Source: Acidobacteriota bacterium (GTDB lineage: Bacteria; Acidobacteriota; Vicinamibacteria; Vicinamibacterales; UBA8438). From it: DNA of 62,034 bases. The stretch spans positions 1 through 62,034 of the forward strand of contig JADFPE010000003.1 of assembly GCA_022562495.1 (NCBI GenBank), in the 5' to 3' direction. Position numbers and translations under genes: made by a program. Positions 38,140 to 48,734 of the stretch are shown here, one piece after another (the first letter of the stretch is position 1; each line of letters starts with the position of its first letter). The notes beneath the pieces are model-generated. The model was not told the DNA's origin. It did not search any database and saw only the letters and a program-made list of their open reading frames with translations.

Positions 38140-39093
38140 ATGCAGCTCGCCGAAGAAGCGCAGGCCCCCGCGGTACACGCCGCCGAGGCAGACCACGGCG
38201 CCGGTGAGGCGTTCAACGCCGCCGAGGTGATCATCGAGCACGTCTCGAACAGCTCGCTCGAGCACCCGATCCTGCATCTGCCGCACATCGCGGGCATCGA
38301 CTTCTCGGTGACCAAGCACGTCATGATGTTGTGGCTGGTGGCCGGAACCCTGTTTCTGGTCATCACGTTCGCCACGCGGCGGTATCTGAGCCAGCACCGG
38401 CGGATTCCGACCGGATTCATGAACGCGCTGGAGTGGTTGGTACAGGCCATCCGCGACTCGATCGTGCTCCCCAGCGTCGGTGCGAAGTTTGTCAACGTCT
38501 GGACGCCCCTGATCCTGACGCTGTTCGTGTTCATCCTCGCCTCGAACGCGATCGGGTTGATCCCGATATTCGACGTGCTCGGGCTGCTGGACCGGTTCCT
38601 GCTGCACACCGAGCCCGAGTCGCTGGTCAACAGAGTGCTACACGGCGGGACGACCGCCACGGCGAACTACAACGTGACCGCCGGGCTGGCGATCATCACG
38701 TTCGTCGCCATCATCGTGGCCGGCACCATGGCGCACGGCTTCCTGGCGCACTGGAAGAACCTGGTGCCGTCCGGGCTGGCGTGGCCGGTCTACATCCTGC
38801 TGATCCCGATCGAGATCATGGGCATGTTCGTCAAGCCGTTCGCGCTCACGATGCGATTGGCCGCCAACATGACCGGCGGACACATCGCGATTCTCTCGAT
38901 CCTGTCAATGGTCTTCATCTTCAACCAGGTGTTCGAGAGCGCGCCGCTCGGGATCGGGGTCGGGCTCGTGGTGGCCATGCCGCTTGCGGTCGGCATCTCC
39001 GCCCTCGAGATCATCATCGTCATGGTTCAGGCCTATGTGTTCACCTTGCTGACATCGGTGTTCATCGGCATGGCCATCAACGTGCATCATTAG
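38140..39093 (+). CDS. atpB: F0F1 ATP synthase subunit a
   Basis: Starts MQLAEEAQ (codon 63 of ORF 37954..39093). Conserved LTMRLAANMTGGH (essential Arg) and QAYVFTLL. Confidence 0.93.
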   Translation: MQLAEEAQAPAVHAAEADHGAGEAFNAAEVIIEHVSNSSLEHPILHLPHIAGIDFSVTKHVMMLWLVAGTLFLVITFATRRYLSQHRRIPTGFMNALEWLVQAIRDSIVLPSVGAKFVNVWTPLILTLFVFILASNAIGLIPIFDVLGLLDRFLLHTEPESLVNRVLHGGTTATANYNVTAGLAIITFVAIIVAGTMAHGFLAHWKNLVPSGLAWPVYILLIPIEIMGMFVKPFALTMRLAANMTGGHIAILSILSMVFIFNQVFESAPLGIGVGLVVAMPLAVGISALEIIIVMVQAYVFTLLTSVFIGMAINVHH

Positions 39094-39127
39094 GGACAAC
39101 GACTCACTCACACGGAGGTTTAGCTGA

Positions 39128-39352
39128 ATGGAAACCCTGTACATCGGCTTTGTCGCGATCGGTCTCGGGTTGGTGGTCATCGGGGCGGGTCTAGGTATCG
39201 GTCGGTTCGCCGCCGCCGCCGCCGAGGGCATCGCCCGTCAGCCGTCCGCCGCCGCGGAGATCACCGGCGCCGTGCAACTCCCGCTCTTCCTCCTCGAGGG
39301 CGTGGCGATTCTGGCTGAGGTGTTCGTCTTCATCGTCGTCCTGATGCGGTGA
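39128..39352 (+). CDS. atpE: F0F1 ATP synthase subunit c
   Basis: 74-aa hairpin protein with the ARQP loop and carboxylate-bearing LLEGVAI helix. Confidence 0.95.
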   Translation: METLYIGFVAIGLGLVVIGAGLGIGRFAAAAAEGIARQPSAAAEITGAVQLPLFLLEGVAILAEVFVFIVVLMR

Positions 39353-39405
39353 CTGTCTGGTGCAACCGACCCCACGTCGCGTGAGATCGTCAACGAGAGC
39401 GTTTC

Positions 39406-39909
39406 ATGGATAATCCGCTGGTCCAGCCAGATCCAGGACTCTTCATCTGGACCATCCTCACCTTCTTGGTGCTGCTCGGTCTGCTGGCCAAGTTCGCCTG
39501 GGGCCCGCTGCTGAAGGCGCTCGATGAACGGCAGGAGACGATCCGGAAGTCGCTGGACGACGCCGACGAGGCCACGCGCGAGCTGGAGCGGCTGCAACAG
39601 GAGTCGGCGCGGATTATCGCCGAGGCTCACGCCGAGGCACAATCGATCGTCGCGAAGAGCCGGGCCGCGGCGGAAACGGTCCGGGAAGACCTGAAGCAGA
39701 AGGCCAAAGAAGAGGCGGGCACCCTGGTCCGCGGCGCCCAACGTCAGATTCAGCTCGAGACGGCCCGGGCGATCCAGCAGATCCGCCACGAGGTGGTCGA
39801 CCTGTCGCTTACGGTCGCGTCGAAGCTGATCAAGAAGAACCTGACGCAGGAAGACAACGACGCGCTGATCCAGGACTCGCTCAGCCAGATCGACGCGTCG
39901 CGGAACTGA
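39406..39909 (+). CDS. atpF: F0F1 ATP synthase subunit b
   Basis: N-terminal TM helix, then a long charged helix (LLKALDERQETIRKSLDDA...). Confidence 0.9.
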   Translation: MDNPLVQPDPGLFIWTILTFLVLLGLLAKFAWGPLLKALDERQETIRKSLDDADEATRELERLQQESARIIAEAHAEAQSIVAKSRAAAETVREDLKQKAKEEAGTLVRGAQRQIQLETARAIQQIRHEVVDLSLTVASKLIKKNLTQEDNDALIQDSLSQIDASRN

Positions 39910-39916
39910 GGCGGGT

Positions 39917-40175
39917 CACTTCAAGAAGTCAGAAGGCAGAAGAAAATCGGCGGCTACGCCAGCTTTCTTCAACCGTTTTTCAACAACGCTACTCTCGCCC
40001 GGGCCGGCGACCGTGCTGGTCCCGGCTCAACCTGGTCTCTCCCGCGTCCACGCCGAACCGACCCGGTCGGGGGAAACGTCCGGTAGCGCGAAGCACAACC
40101 CTGAACAGATAGTCGGCGACGCCCTTGAGCTTCCCCTGACTTCTGACTTCTGACTTCTGACTTCTGACTTCTGAG
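39917..40175. repeat. family-B heptad arrays in inverted orientation; right arm is a near-perfect 7-bp tandem repeat
   Basis: CACTTCAAGAAGTCAGAAGGCAGAAGAAAATC (39917-39947) and (CTGACTT)x5.7 at 40136-40175. Lies between the convergent atpF and nuoN. Confidence 0.8.
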
Positions 40176-40178
40176 AGC

Positions 40179-41657
40179 CTATTGCCCCCCCACCACCGTG
40201 GCGGCGGTAATCCCCTGGAGGGTGCGAGCGGCCACCTCGGCCTGCTCGAAGAGAAACTGCGGGTAGATCCCGAGCACGACCGTGCCGAGCAGCGCGACAC
40301 CGAGCGCGACTTTCATGGCGGGACCGATGACGATCGGTGACCCCACCGGCTCCTCCTGGTTGATCCACATGAAGACGACGACCCGGATGTAGTAGTAGAT
40401 CGACAATGCGCTGTTGGCGACGGCGATCACCGCGAGCCAGATGAAGCCGGCATCGATAGCGGCGCCAAACAGCCACATTTTGCCCATGAACCCGGCGGTC
40501 GGCGGGATGCCACCCAGTGACAACATGAAGAACCCCATCGCAAACGCGGCCAACGGGTTGCGCTTCGACAACCCGCTGAGGTCCTTCAGCTCGTCGCCGA
40601 TGATGTCGCTGCGACGCTGCGCCGTCACGATGGCGAACGCGCCGAGCTGCATGAACAGGTAGACCCCCAGATACAGGAGCATCGCGGCCACGCCACGCTC
40701 GGTGCGGACCACCACCCCGATCAGCAGATACCCGACGTGGGCGATCGACGAGTAGGCGAGCATCCGCTTCAGGTTGCTCTGGGTCAGCGCGGCAATGTTC
40801 CCGACCGTCATGCTGATCACGGCGAGCACGTAGAACAGCAGCGACCATTCCTGCGCGAGTGCCGGCAGTCCCACGACGAAGATCCGTAGCAGCATCGCGA
40901 ACGACGCCGCCTTGGACCCGACCGACAGGAACGCCGTCACCGGCGTCGGCGCACCCTCATACACGTCCGGCGCCCACATATGGAACGGCACCGCGGCGAT
41001 CTTGAACCCCATGCCGGCACCGACGAGGATCACCGCCAGCACGAGCACCAGGCTCGTGTCCTGCCCGCGCAACGCCGCCGCGATGCCCGCCAGGCTGGTC
41101 GTGCCGGTCACCCCGTAGATCAGCGACATGCCATAGAGCAGGATGCCCAGCGAGAACCCCCCGAGCAGGAAATACTTGACGGCCGCCTCGTTCGAACGCG
41201 GGTTCGGTTTGAGAAAGCCCACCAGCACGTAGAACGACACCGCCATCGTCTCGAGCCCGATGAACAGCGTGATCAGCTCGACCCCGCTCGCCATGAACAT
41301 CATGCCGACCGTGGCGCACAGAATCAGGAAGTAGTACTCGCCTACCCTGATCCCCTCGACCCGCAGATACGGCGCCGACATCAACAGCGTCAACGCGGCC
41401 GACAGCAGCACGATCACCTTGAAGAACGCCGCGAAGCTGTCGATCGCGAGCAGCCCGCGAGCCGCGGTCACATCGAGACCGAAGAACCTGACCACGAGCA
41501 CCAGCGTGACCGCCACGGTGGCGAGCGCCGTCCACAACAGCAGCCCGTCGCGCCGCGGCACCAGCACCGACAGCGACAGCAGCAGCATCGCGCCGCCGAT
41601 CAGCACCAGCTCGGGCAGGATGTAGAGGAAGTCGGCAGCGGAAAACCCGGCGGGCAT
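40179..41657 (-). CDS. nuoN: NADH-quinone oxidoreductase subunit N
   Basis: 492 aa, antiporter-like polytopic protein, last gene of the nuo operon. Confidence 0.93.
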   Translation of the reverse strand: MPAGFSAADFLYILPELVLIGGAMLLLSLSVLVPRRDGLLLWTALATVAVTLVLVVRFFGLDVTAARGLLAIDSFAAFFKVIVLLSAALTLLMSAPYLRVEGIRVGEYYFLILCATVGMMFMASGVELITLFIGLETMAVSFYVLVGFLKPNPRSNEAAVKYFLLGGFSLGILLYGMSLIYGVTGTTSLAGIAAALRGQDTSLVLVLAVILVGAGMGFKIAAVPFHMWAPDVYEGAPTPVTAFLSVGSKAASFAMLLRIFVVGLPALAQEWSLLFYVLAVISMTVGNIAALTQSNLKRMLAYSSIAHVGYLLIGVVVRTERGVAAMLLYLGVYLFMQLGAFAIVTAQRRSDIIGDELKDLSGLSKRNPLAAFAMGFFMLSLGGIPPTAGFMGKMWLFGAAIDAGFIWLAVIAVANSALSIYYYIRVVVFMWINQEEPVGSPIVIGPAMKVALGVALLGTVVLGIYPQFLFEQAEVAARTLQGITAATVVGGQ

Positions 41658-43258
41658 TATCTGGCGCCCCCGCGCACGGGAATCTCGATGACGTCAGAAA
41701 CGTCGCCGTCCAGCGCCGGCAGCTCGGCCGCGTCCTGGCCGTCGTCGTGCAGGACGTTGCGCGGCGGATAGACGCTGCTCACCCTCGCCATGACGCGGTC
41801 CACGGAGGTCTCGAGCCGGTCCAGGAACGGCTTCGGATACAACCCGATCCAGACCGCAAGAATCAGCAACGGTGCGAACGTCGCCCACTCCCGCAGGTTC
41901 AGGTCTGGCAGATGCTCGTTCTTCGGGTTATCCACCGTCCCCCACATCGTGCGCTGATACAACCACAACATGTAGGCCGCGCTCAGCACGATCCCGGTCG
42001 CCGCGAAACCGGCCCAGACCTTGTTGACCACAAAGATCCCCTGCAGGATCAACACCTCACCGATGAATCCGTTCAGTGTTGGCAGCCCGATCGACGACAT
42101 CGTCAGCACGAGGAACACCGCGGCATAGGCCGGCATGACCTTCGCCAGTCCGCCATACTCGGAGATCTCACGGGTGTGCCGGCGCTCGTAGACCACACCG
42201 ACCAGCAGGAAGAGCCCGCCGGTGGCGATCCCGTGGTTGATCTGCTGCAGGATGCTGCCGGTGATGCCGACCGGCGTCAGCGCGAACAGCCCCAGCATCA
42301 CCAGGCCCATGTGGCTGACGCTCGAATATGCCACCAGCCGTTTCCAGTCGGTCTGGGCCATCGCCACCAACGCACCGTAGATGATACCGATGATGCACAA
42401 TGCCACGACCCACGGGACGGCGTTCCGCGTCGCCTCCGGCAAGATCGGCAACGAGAACCGGATGAACCCGTAGGTGCCCATCTTCAGGAGCACGGCCGCC
42501 AGAATGACCGACCCGGCGGTCGGCGCGTCGGTGTGCGCGTCCGGCAGCCAGGTGTGAAACGGGAACATCGGTACCTTGACGGCGAACCCGAGGAAAAACG
42601 CCAGGAACACCCACGTCTGCAGCTCGATCGGCATGTTCAGCTCGTGGAACCGTGTGATGTCGAACGTATACACGCCGGTCACCTCGTGGTTATAGAAGTA
42701 GACCGCGAGGATGCCGAGCAGCATGATGACGCTGCCGACCAGCGTGAACAGGAAGAACTTGATCGCCGAGTACAGCCGGTTGGCGCTGCCCCAGATCCCG
42801 ATGAGGAAATACATCGGCACCAGCATGACCTCCCAGAAGACGAAGAACAGCAGGAAGTCGAGCGACACGAAGGCGCCGATCATGCCGGCCTGCAGTACAA
42901 GCAGGAAAATGTAGTACTCCTTGAGCCGCTCCGTGATCGCGGTCCAGGACGACAGCACCGCAATCGCGCCCATCAGGGTGGCGAGCAGGATCAACAACAC
43001 GCTGAACCCGTCGACCCCGATGAAATACTCGGCGCCAATCGACGGAATCCACTCGTGCCGCTCGACGAACTGCCAGTCCGGGCTGGTTGTGTCGAGCCAG
43101 AACCAGAGCGGCAGCGAGACCAGAAAGCCGAGCATGGCGAACCCGTTCGCGATCCAGCGGATGGCGTTCGGCTTGCTCACGAACAGCAGCACCCCTGCGC
43201 CCACCAGCGGCGTGAACATAATCAGTGACAACAGCGGAAAGTTGGCGGTGTTGCTCAT
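41657..43258 (-). CDS. nuoM: NADH-quinone oxidoreductase subunit M
   Basis: 533 aa, with the antiporter-like motif PFHTWLPDAH. Confidence 0.94.
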   Translation of the reverse strand: MSNTANFPLLSLIMFTPLVGAGVLLFVSKPNAIRWIANGFAMLGFLVSLPLWFWLDTTSPDWQFVERHEWIPSIGAEYFIGVDGFSVLLILLATLMGAIAVLSSWTAITERLKEYYIFLLVLQAGMIGAFVSLDFLLFFVFWEVMLVPMYFLIGIWGSANRLYSAIKFFLFTLVGSVIMLLGILAVYFYNHEVTGVYTFDITRFHELNMPIELQTWVFLAFFLGFAVKVPMFPFHTWLPDAHTDAPTAGSVILAAVLLKMGTYGFIRFSLPILPEATRNAVPWVVALCIIGIIYGALVAMAQTDWKRLVAYSSVSHMGLVMLGLFALTPVGITGSILQQINHGIATGGLFLLVGVVYERRHTREISEYGGLAKVMPAYAAVFLVLTMSSIGLPTLNGFIGEVLILQGIFVVNKVWAGFAATGIVLSAAYMLWLYQRTMWGTVDNPKNEHLPDLNLREWATFAPLLILAVWIGLYPKPFLDRLETSVDRVMARVSSVYPPRNVLHDDGQDAAELPALDGDVSDVIEIPVRGGAR

Positions 43259-43358
43259 GAGCAGCGTCTCGATTAACTGGACGGCGCCGCGCTTCGTCGA
43301 ACCCCGCGCGGCCTCGGGCGGGCCTACAGGCCGTTGCTACGACCGGCGCGCGCGGCGT

Positions 43359-45476
43359 CTACCCGACATACCGGGCAATCAGATACATGGTCACGAAGGC
43401 GAACACTCCGAAGAGCGTCGCCACGGCGTAGTTCTGGATCAACCCGGTCTGGACCCGGCGGAAGACGTAGCTCCCTTCCGTGCAGACCCAGGCCAGCAGG
43501 TTGAACATCCCGTCGACGAGGTACTTGTCAAAGACGTGCGAGACCCAGGCACACGCGCGGGTCAGCCAGCCGGCCCCGTTCACGGCGCCGTCGACGACGT
43601 GTCGGTCCACGGTCCACAGCCCGCGTGCGCTGCCTATGGTGCCCTTGATGGCGGTCGCGCCGTACAGCTCGTCGACATAGTACTTGTTGGTCAGCCAACG
43701 ATGGGCGCCGGCCCAGTGTTTCGCCAGCTGCTCGGACCGCTCCGGCCGCCGCACGTAAAAGTGATACGCCAGGGCGATCCCGGCGATGGCGATCAGCACG
43801 GAGAAGCCCATCAGCCCCCACTCGAGCAGGTGCGACTCGGCGTGCTCGGTCGCCTCGTGGGCCGCTCCGGCCGTGAAGCTGGGCTCGAGGAACGGCTCAA
43901 TCAGGTTCCGGAAGCCGAACGCCGCAGGGATCCCGACCAAGCCGGCGACACTCGCACCGACCGCCAGCATCCACAACGGCCCCGTCATCAGACCCGGTGA
44001 CTCGTGCGGCCCGTGCCAGGCATGCCCCTGGGCATCCGCGTCATGACCATCATCGGCAGCGGCGTGCGCCTCGGCGTGGTCCTCGCCCTCCTGATGGCCC
44101 CATGACGGCCCGCGATACTCGCCGAAGAACGTCATGAAGATGAGCCGGAACATGTAGAACGCGGTCATCCCGGCGGTCACCACCGCCAGCCCCCACAACA
44201 GCTTGTTGTTGAGGTACGTCCGGTAGAGGATCTCGTCCTTGCTGAAAAAGCCGGAGAACGGCGGGACCCCGGCGATCGCGAGCGACCCGACGAACATGGT
44301 GATGAAGGTGACCGGCATGTAGAGCCTCATGTTGCCCATCCGCCGCAGGTCCTGCTCGTCGTTCATGGCGTGGATGACCGACCCGCTGCCGAGGAACAAC
44401 AGCGCCTTGAAGAAGGCGTGGGTCATCAGGTGAAACGCGGCGGCGCCGAACGCGCCGACGCCGGTCGCCAGGAACATGTAGCCAAGCTGCGATACCGTCG
44501 AGTAGGCCAGCACCTTCTTGATGTCGGTCTGCACCAGCCCGATCGTGGCAGCCAGCAGCGCGGTCAGCACCCCGACCCACGCCACCACCTGCATCACCAT
44601 CGGGGCGTGCGAGAACAGCACGGCGTTCCTCCCGACCATGTACACGCCGGCCGTCACCATCGTCGCAGCGTGAATCAGCGCCGACACCGGCGTGGGGCCC
44701 TCCATTGCGTCCGGGAGCCAGATGTGGAGCGGAATCTGTGCACTCTTGCCCACGGCGCCGACGAACAGCAGGAGACAGATGGCCGACAGCACGCCGAACC
44801 CCCCTACTTCGACCGGCATCTCGGCCGCCGCCTCGGCGACGGCGCGGAAATCGAGGGTGCCGAACGTGAAGAAGATCAGGAAGATGCCGAGCATGAAGCC
44901 CCAGTCGCCGACCCGGTTGACGATGAACGCCTTCTTGCCGGCGTCCGACGCGCTCTGCTTGTGATACCAGAACCCTATCAGCAGATACGAGCAGAGCCCG
45001 ACCCCCTCCCACCCCACGAACATGACGAGGAAAGTGCTGCCGAGCACCAGCATCAGCATGAAGAAACAGAACAGGTTCAGATAGCAGAAGAACCGCGCGT
45101 AGGCGCCCCGCGACTCGTGGTCCATGTAGGCAACGGAGTACAGGTGAATCAGGAACCCGATGCCGGTCACGATCAGGATCATCATCCCGGACAGCGGGTC
45201 GAGCCGGAACGCCCACGGCACCTCGAACGCGCCGATCTCCCCGGACGCCGTCGCCAGCGGGATCGGCGGGATCCACTGCGCCACGGTGACGACATGCTCG
45301 CGATGCTCGGCGCCGAGCAGCTGATAGAACGCGCCGATTGACAGCAGCAGTGCCCCGCCCATCGTCACGCAGGCGACGCCGGCCGCCACCCGCTTGCTGA
45401 AGTAGCGCACACCCAGCAGACCGTTGAGGGCGGCACCGATGCCGGGCAGCAGAGGGATGAGCCAGATGAGATCCAT
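43359..45476 (-). CDS. nuoL: NADH-quinone oxidoreductase subunit L
   Basis: Starts MDLIWLIPLLPG (codon 22 of the ORF). PLHIWLPDAMEGPTPVSALIHAATMV. Contains a His/Asp-rich insert (HQEGEDHAEAHAAADDGHDADAQGHAWHGPH) before the C-terminal lateral helix. Confidence 0.93.
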   Translation of the reverse strand: MDLIWLIPLLPGIGAALNGLLGVRYFSKRVAAGVACVTMGGALLLSIGAFYQLLGAEHREHVVTVAQWIPPIPLATASGEIGAFEVPWAFRLDPLSGMMILIVTGIGFLIHLYSVAYMDHESRGAYARFFCYLNLFCFFMLMLVLGSTFLVMFVGWEGVGLCSYLLIGFWYHKQSASDAGKKAFIVNRVGDWGFMLGIFLIFFTFGTLDFRAVAEAAAEMPVEVGGFGVLSAICLLLFVGAVGKSAQIPLHIWLPDAMEGPTPVSALIHAATMVTAGVYMVGRNAVLFSHAPMVMQVVAWVGVLTALLAATIGLVQTDIKKVLAYSTVSQLGYMFLATGVGAFGAAAFHLMTHAFFKALLFLGSGSVIHAMNDEQDLRRMGNMRLYMPVTFITMFVGSLAIAGVPPFSGFFSKDEILYRTYLNNKLLWGLAVVTAGMTAFYMFRLIFMTFFGEYRGPSWGHQEGEDHAEAHAAADDGHDADAQGHAWHGPHESPGLMTGPLWMLAVGASVAGLVGIPAAFGFRNLIEPFLEPSFTAGAAHEATEHAESHLLEWGLMGFSVLIAIAGIALAYHFYVRRPERSEQLAKHWAGAHRWLTNKYYVDELYGATAIKGTIGSARGLWTVDRHVVDGAVNGAGWLTRACAWVSHVFDKYLVDGMFNLLAWVCTEGSYVFRRVQTGLIQNYAVATLFGVFAFVTMYLIARYVG

Positions 45477-45553
45477 ACTTAGTTGGGGCTTCGCCCCACA
45501 CCCCACGCGGTCGCTTGCGGGGACCCCAACGCCCCGCACCGCGCCCGGTCGTC

Positions 45554-45862
45554 CTACCAGCGCATCACGTTCATCTCGTCGATGTTCACGGTCTCCTTAT
45601 TCCGGAAGAACGCCAGAAGGATCCCGAGCCCGACCGCGGCCTCGGCCGCGGCCACCGCGATCACGAACACGACGAACACTTGACCCACCAGGTTCTCGAG
45701 ATGCCGGGCGTTCGCAACGAGGTTGATATTGACCGCGTTGAGTATCAGTTCGATCGACATGAAGATGATGATGATGTTGCGACGCACCAACACGCCGACC
45801 ACCCCGATGATGAACAGCGCGGCGGAGAGAAGTGCATAGTGCGCCGGTGTGATCTCCATCAC
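45554..45862 (-). CDS. nuoK: NADH-quinone oxidoreductase subunit K
   Basis: 102 aa, three TM helices, [10 protein letters not shown] motif. Confidence 0.95.
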   Translation of the reverse strand: MMEITPAHYALLSAALFIIGVVGVLVRRNIIIIFMSIELILNAVNINLVANARHLENLVGQVFVVFVIAVAAAEAAVGLGILLAFFRNKETVNIDEMNVMRW

Positions 45863-45892
45863 GGCTCTGTCGTCTCCCAGTCGTCCAACGGG

Positions 45893-46408
45893 TTACAACT
45901 CACGCTTGGCCAACACGATGGCGCCAACCATGGCGACCAGCAGCAGCACCGACGCCACCTCGAATGGAATCAGATAGTCGGTGTAGAGCAGCCAGCCGAT
46001 CTGCTCGACATTGCCCTGGACCGGTGACGCCGCGGCGGCCGCCACCGGCGCCGACGGTTCTCGGCTGTAGCTGTAGACCACGATGCCGGCCAGCTCGAGC
46101 AGCACCGCCCCGGCCAGCGCCAACCCGACCAGACTGAGCCGCCGCGGGTCCTGGTGTGCCTCAGGATCGCGCTTCAGGTTCACCAGCATGACCACGAAGA
46201 GATACAGCACGACGATGCCGCCGGCATAGACCAGCACCTGGATCACTGCCAGGAACTCCGCCTCCAGGACGACGTAGATCACCGCCACACAGAGGAAGTT
46301 CATGACGAGAAACAGCACGCTGTGCACGGTGTTCGGGGTGGTGATGACCGCCACCCCCAGACCGAGGATCAGTGCCGAGAGCGTGTAGAAGACGATGGTT
46401 TCGACCAT
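45893..46408 (-). CDS. nuoJ: NADH-quinone oxidoreductase subunit J
   Basis: 171 aa, VYAGGIVVLYLFVVML motif. Begins 3 nt after the nuoH stop. Confidence 0.92.
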   Translation of the reverse strand: MVETIVFYTLSALILGLGVAVITTPNTVHSVLFLVMNFLCVAVIYVVLEAEFLAVIQVLVYAGGIVVLYLFVVMLVNLKRDPEAHQDPRRLSLVGLALAGAVLLELAGIVVYSYSREPSAPVAAAAASPVQGNVEQIGWLLYTDYLIPFEVASVLLLVAMVGAIVLAKREL

Positions 46409-46411
46409 GGG

Positions 46412-47449
46412 TTACAACAACCACACCTTCACGACGGCGGTCACCACGATGTTGGCAAGGGCGATCGGGATCAGGACCTTCCAGCCGATTCGCATCAACT
46501 GGTCGTAGCGGTACCGCGGCAACGTGGCCCGGATCCAGATGAAGAGGTACAGAAACACGAACATCTTGCCGAAAAACCAGACCCAGCTCGGGATCAGGTC
46601 CAGAAACGCCAGGTTCAGGAACGACAGCGCGCCGACGCTCGGGAACAGCGCGTCGACGCTCGGGAACGGTCGCAGCCAGCCGCCCCAGAACAGCGCAGTG
46701 ACCACCGCCGCGATGACGATCATGTTCGCGTATTCCGCCAGGAAGAACAGTGCGAACCGCATCCCGCTGTACTCCGTGTGGAACCCGCCCGTCAGCTCCT
46801 GCTCCGCCTCGGGCAGATCGAACGGGATACGATTGGTCTCGGCCAACCCGCCGATGAACACCAGCACGAACGCCACCGGCTGCACGAACCCGAACCAGAA
46901 ACCGGTCTCCTGCTGCGCCTCGACGATCCCCACCATGCTCAACGTGCCGGCGGTCAGGATGACGCTGACCAGCGTCATCGTGACGGCGATCTCGTAGCTG
47001 ATGAGCTGCGCGGCCGCTCGGAGACTCGCGAGCAGCGGGTACTTGCTGTTGGAGGCCCAGCCGGCCAGGATGATCCCGTAGACGCCGATCGACGTCACCG
47101 AGATGATGAACAGCAGCCCGACGTTGATGTCGGTGATGTAGAACAGCGCGTCCCCGCCGAACGGCACCACCGAAAAGACGACCAGCGCCGGCACCAGCGA
47201 CAGAATCGGCGCCAGGGTGAACATCCACTTGTCGGCCTTCGTCGGAGTGATGTCCTCCTTCAGGATCAGCTTGATCGGGTCCACGATCGCCTGCAGCACG
47301 CCCCAGGGCCCGACCCGCATCGGCCCGAGCCGTGACTGCGCCCACGCGATGACCTTCCGCTCGAGCAGGACCATGAAGGTGACCGACACGAGCACGCCGT
47401 TCAGCACCACCGCGATCTTGAACAACGGAATGATGACGAGGTCGATCAT
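46412..47449 (-). CDS. nuoH: NADH-quinone oxidoreductase subunit H
   Basis: Starts MIDLVIIPLF (codon 62 of ORF 46412..47632). LERKVIAWAQSRLGPMRVGPWGVLQ and FDLPEAEQELTGGFHTEYSGM motifs. Confidence 0.94.
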   Translation of the reverse strand: MIDLVIIPLFKIAVVLNGVLVSVTFMVLLERKVIAWAQSRLGPMRVGPWGVLQAIVDPIKLILKEDITPTKADKWMFTLAPILSLVPALVVFSVVPFGGDALFYITDINVGLLFIISVTSIGVYGIILAGWASNSKYPLLASLRAAAQLISYEIAVTMTLVSVILTAGTLSMVGIVEAQQETGFWFGFVQPVAFVLVFIGGLAETNRIPFDLPEAEQELTGGFHTEYSGMRFALFFLAEYANMIVIAAVVTALFWGGWLRPFPSVDALFPSVGALSFLNLAFLDLIPSWVWFFGKMFVFLYLFIWIRATLPRYRYDQLMRIGWKVLIPIALANIVVTAVVKVWLL

Positions 47450-47457
47450 CGCGAGGA

Positions 47458-47609
47458 CCCGGACGGAGATACGTGTGCCACGTCTGAACGTCGAGGCGCC
47501 CGCCCAGCAAGGCGCGAGGAGCGCGCATGCCGGGAGCATGTAAGCGACGAGCAACGCAGCTGGACGGGACGGATCGGCGGCCAGACTGGCACAGTTGTCT
47601 CCGTCCGGG
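47458..47609 (-). repeat. family-A palindromic repeat (copy N)
   Basis: The plus strand carries GGCGCCCGCCCAGCAAGGCGCGAGGAGCGCGCATGCCGGGAGCATGTAAGCGACGAGCAACGC. Copy-specific arms CCCGGACGGAGATACGTGTGCCA / TGGCACAGTTGTCTCCGTCCGGG. Fills 152 of the 163 nt between nuoD and nuoH. Confidence 0.8.
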
Positions 47610-47612
47610 TCT

Positions 47613-48734
47613 TCACCTGTCGACCTCGCCAATCACGACGTCGATGGTGCCGATCAGCGCCACCACGTCGGCGACCAGATGCCCGATGATCAGCGGCTTG
47701 AGCCCCTGCAGATTGCAGAACGACGGCGGTCGGACACGCAGCCGATAGGGGTTGGTCGAGCGTCCGTCGCTCACGATGAAATACCCGAGCTCGCCCTTCG
47801 GTGACTCGATCGCATGATACGTCTCACCCGCCTTCGGCTTGATGAGCCGCGGCACCTTGCCCATCACGGGGCCGTCGGGCATCCCGTCGACCGCTTGGCG
47901 GATGATGCGAAGCGACTGCCGGAACTCCTCCAGCCGGATGAGATACCGGTCATAGGTGTCCCCATTCGTGCCGAGCGGCACGTCGAACTCGAACTCGTCA
48001 TAGGCGGCGTAAGGTTCGTCTTTCCGCACGTCCCGGTAGACCCCAGACCCGCGTAGCGGCGGGCCACAGAGACCGAGTGCGGTCGCCGCCTCGCCGGAGA
48101 TCACCCCGATCCCGCGGGTGCGCTCGAGCCAGATCCGGTTGTTGGTGAGTAGCTCCTCGTACTCCGGAATCCTGGAGTCCATGACATCGCAAAACGCACG
48201 CACCTTGCGACCCCATCCGGTCGGGATGTCGAGCGGGAGCCCGCCGATCCGCATGCAGTTGTAGGTCAACCGGGCGCCACAGTACTCCTCGAACAGATCG
48301 AGAATGAGCTCACGCTCACGAAAGGCGTACATGAAGACCGTCATCGCCCCGATGTCCATGGCGTGCGTGCCCAACCAGAGGCAATGACTGGCGACCCGCT
48401 GGAGCTCGGCGAGGATGGTGCGGATGTATCGTGCCCGCCGGGGCACCTCCACCTCCATGAGCTTCTCGACCGTCTCGCAGTAGCCCAGGTTACTGGTGGC
48501 GGCGGAGACGTAGTCCATCCGGTCGGTCAGCAGGATGATCTGGGTCCAGTCCCGGTTCTCGGTCAGCTTCTCGATGCCCCGATGGATGTATCCAATGACC
48601 ACATCGGCGTCGACGACCCGTTCGCCGTTGAGCCGCAGGATCACGCGGAGCACCCCATGGGTGCTCGGGTGTTGCGGGCCCATGTTGAGGACCAGCTCGT
48701 CGGTGTCGAACATCGGCGCTGCTTCGATGGCCAT
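47613..48734 (-). CDS. nuoD: NADH-quinone oxidoreductase subunit D
   Basis: [32 protein letters not shown] and GEVDR C-terminus. Confidence 0.96.
   Translation of the reverse strand: MAIEAAPMFDTDELVLNMGPQHPSTHGVLRVILRLNGERVVDADVVIGYIHRGIEKLTENRDWTQIILLTDRMDYVSAATSNLGYCETVEKLMEVEVPRRARYIRTILAELQRVASHCLWLGTHAMDIGAMTVFMYAFRERELILDLFEEYCGARLTYNCMRIGGLPLDIPTGWGRKVRAFCDVMDSRIPEYEELLTNNRIWLERTRGIGVISGEAATALGLCGPPLRGSGVYRDVRKDEPYAAYDEFEFDVPLGTNGDTYDRYLIRLEEFRQSLRIIRQAVDGMPDGPVMGKVPRLIKPKAGETYHAIESPKGELGYFIVSDGRSTNPYRLRVRPPSFCNLQGLKPLIIGHLVADVVALIGTIDVVIGEVDR

Noticed and set aside
40136-40175. The tandem repeat CTGACTT x5.7 was considered as a possible CRISPR-like or other array.
   Set aside because: The unit is 7 bp with no spacers and no cas genes nearby. 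It is a microsatellite-type heptad array (family B).
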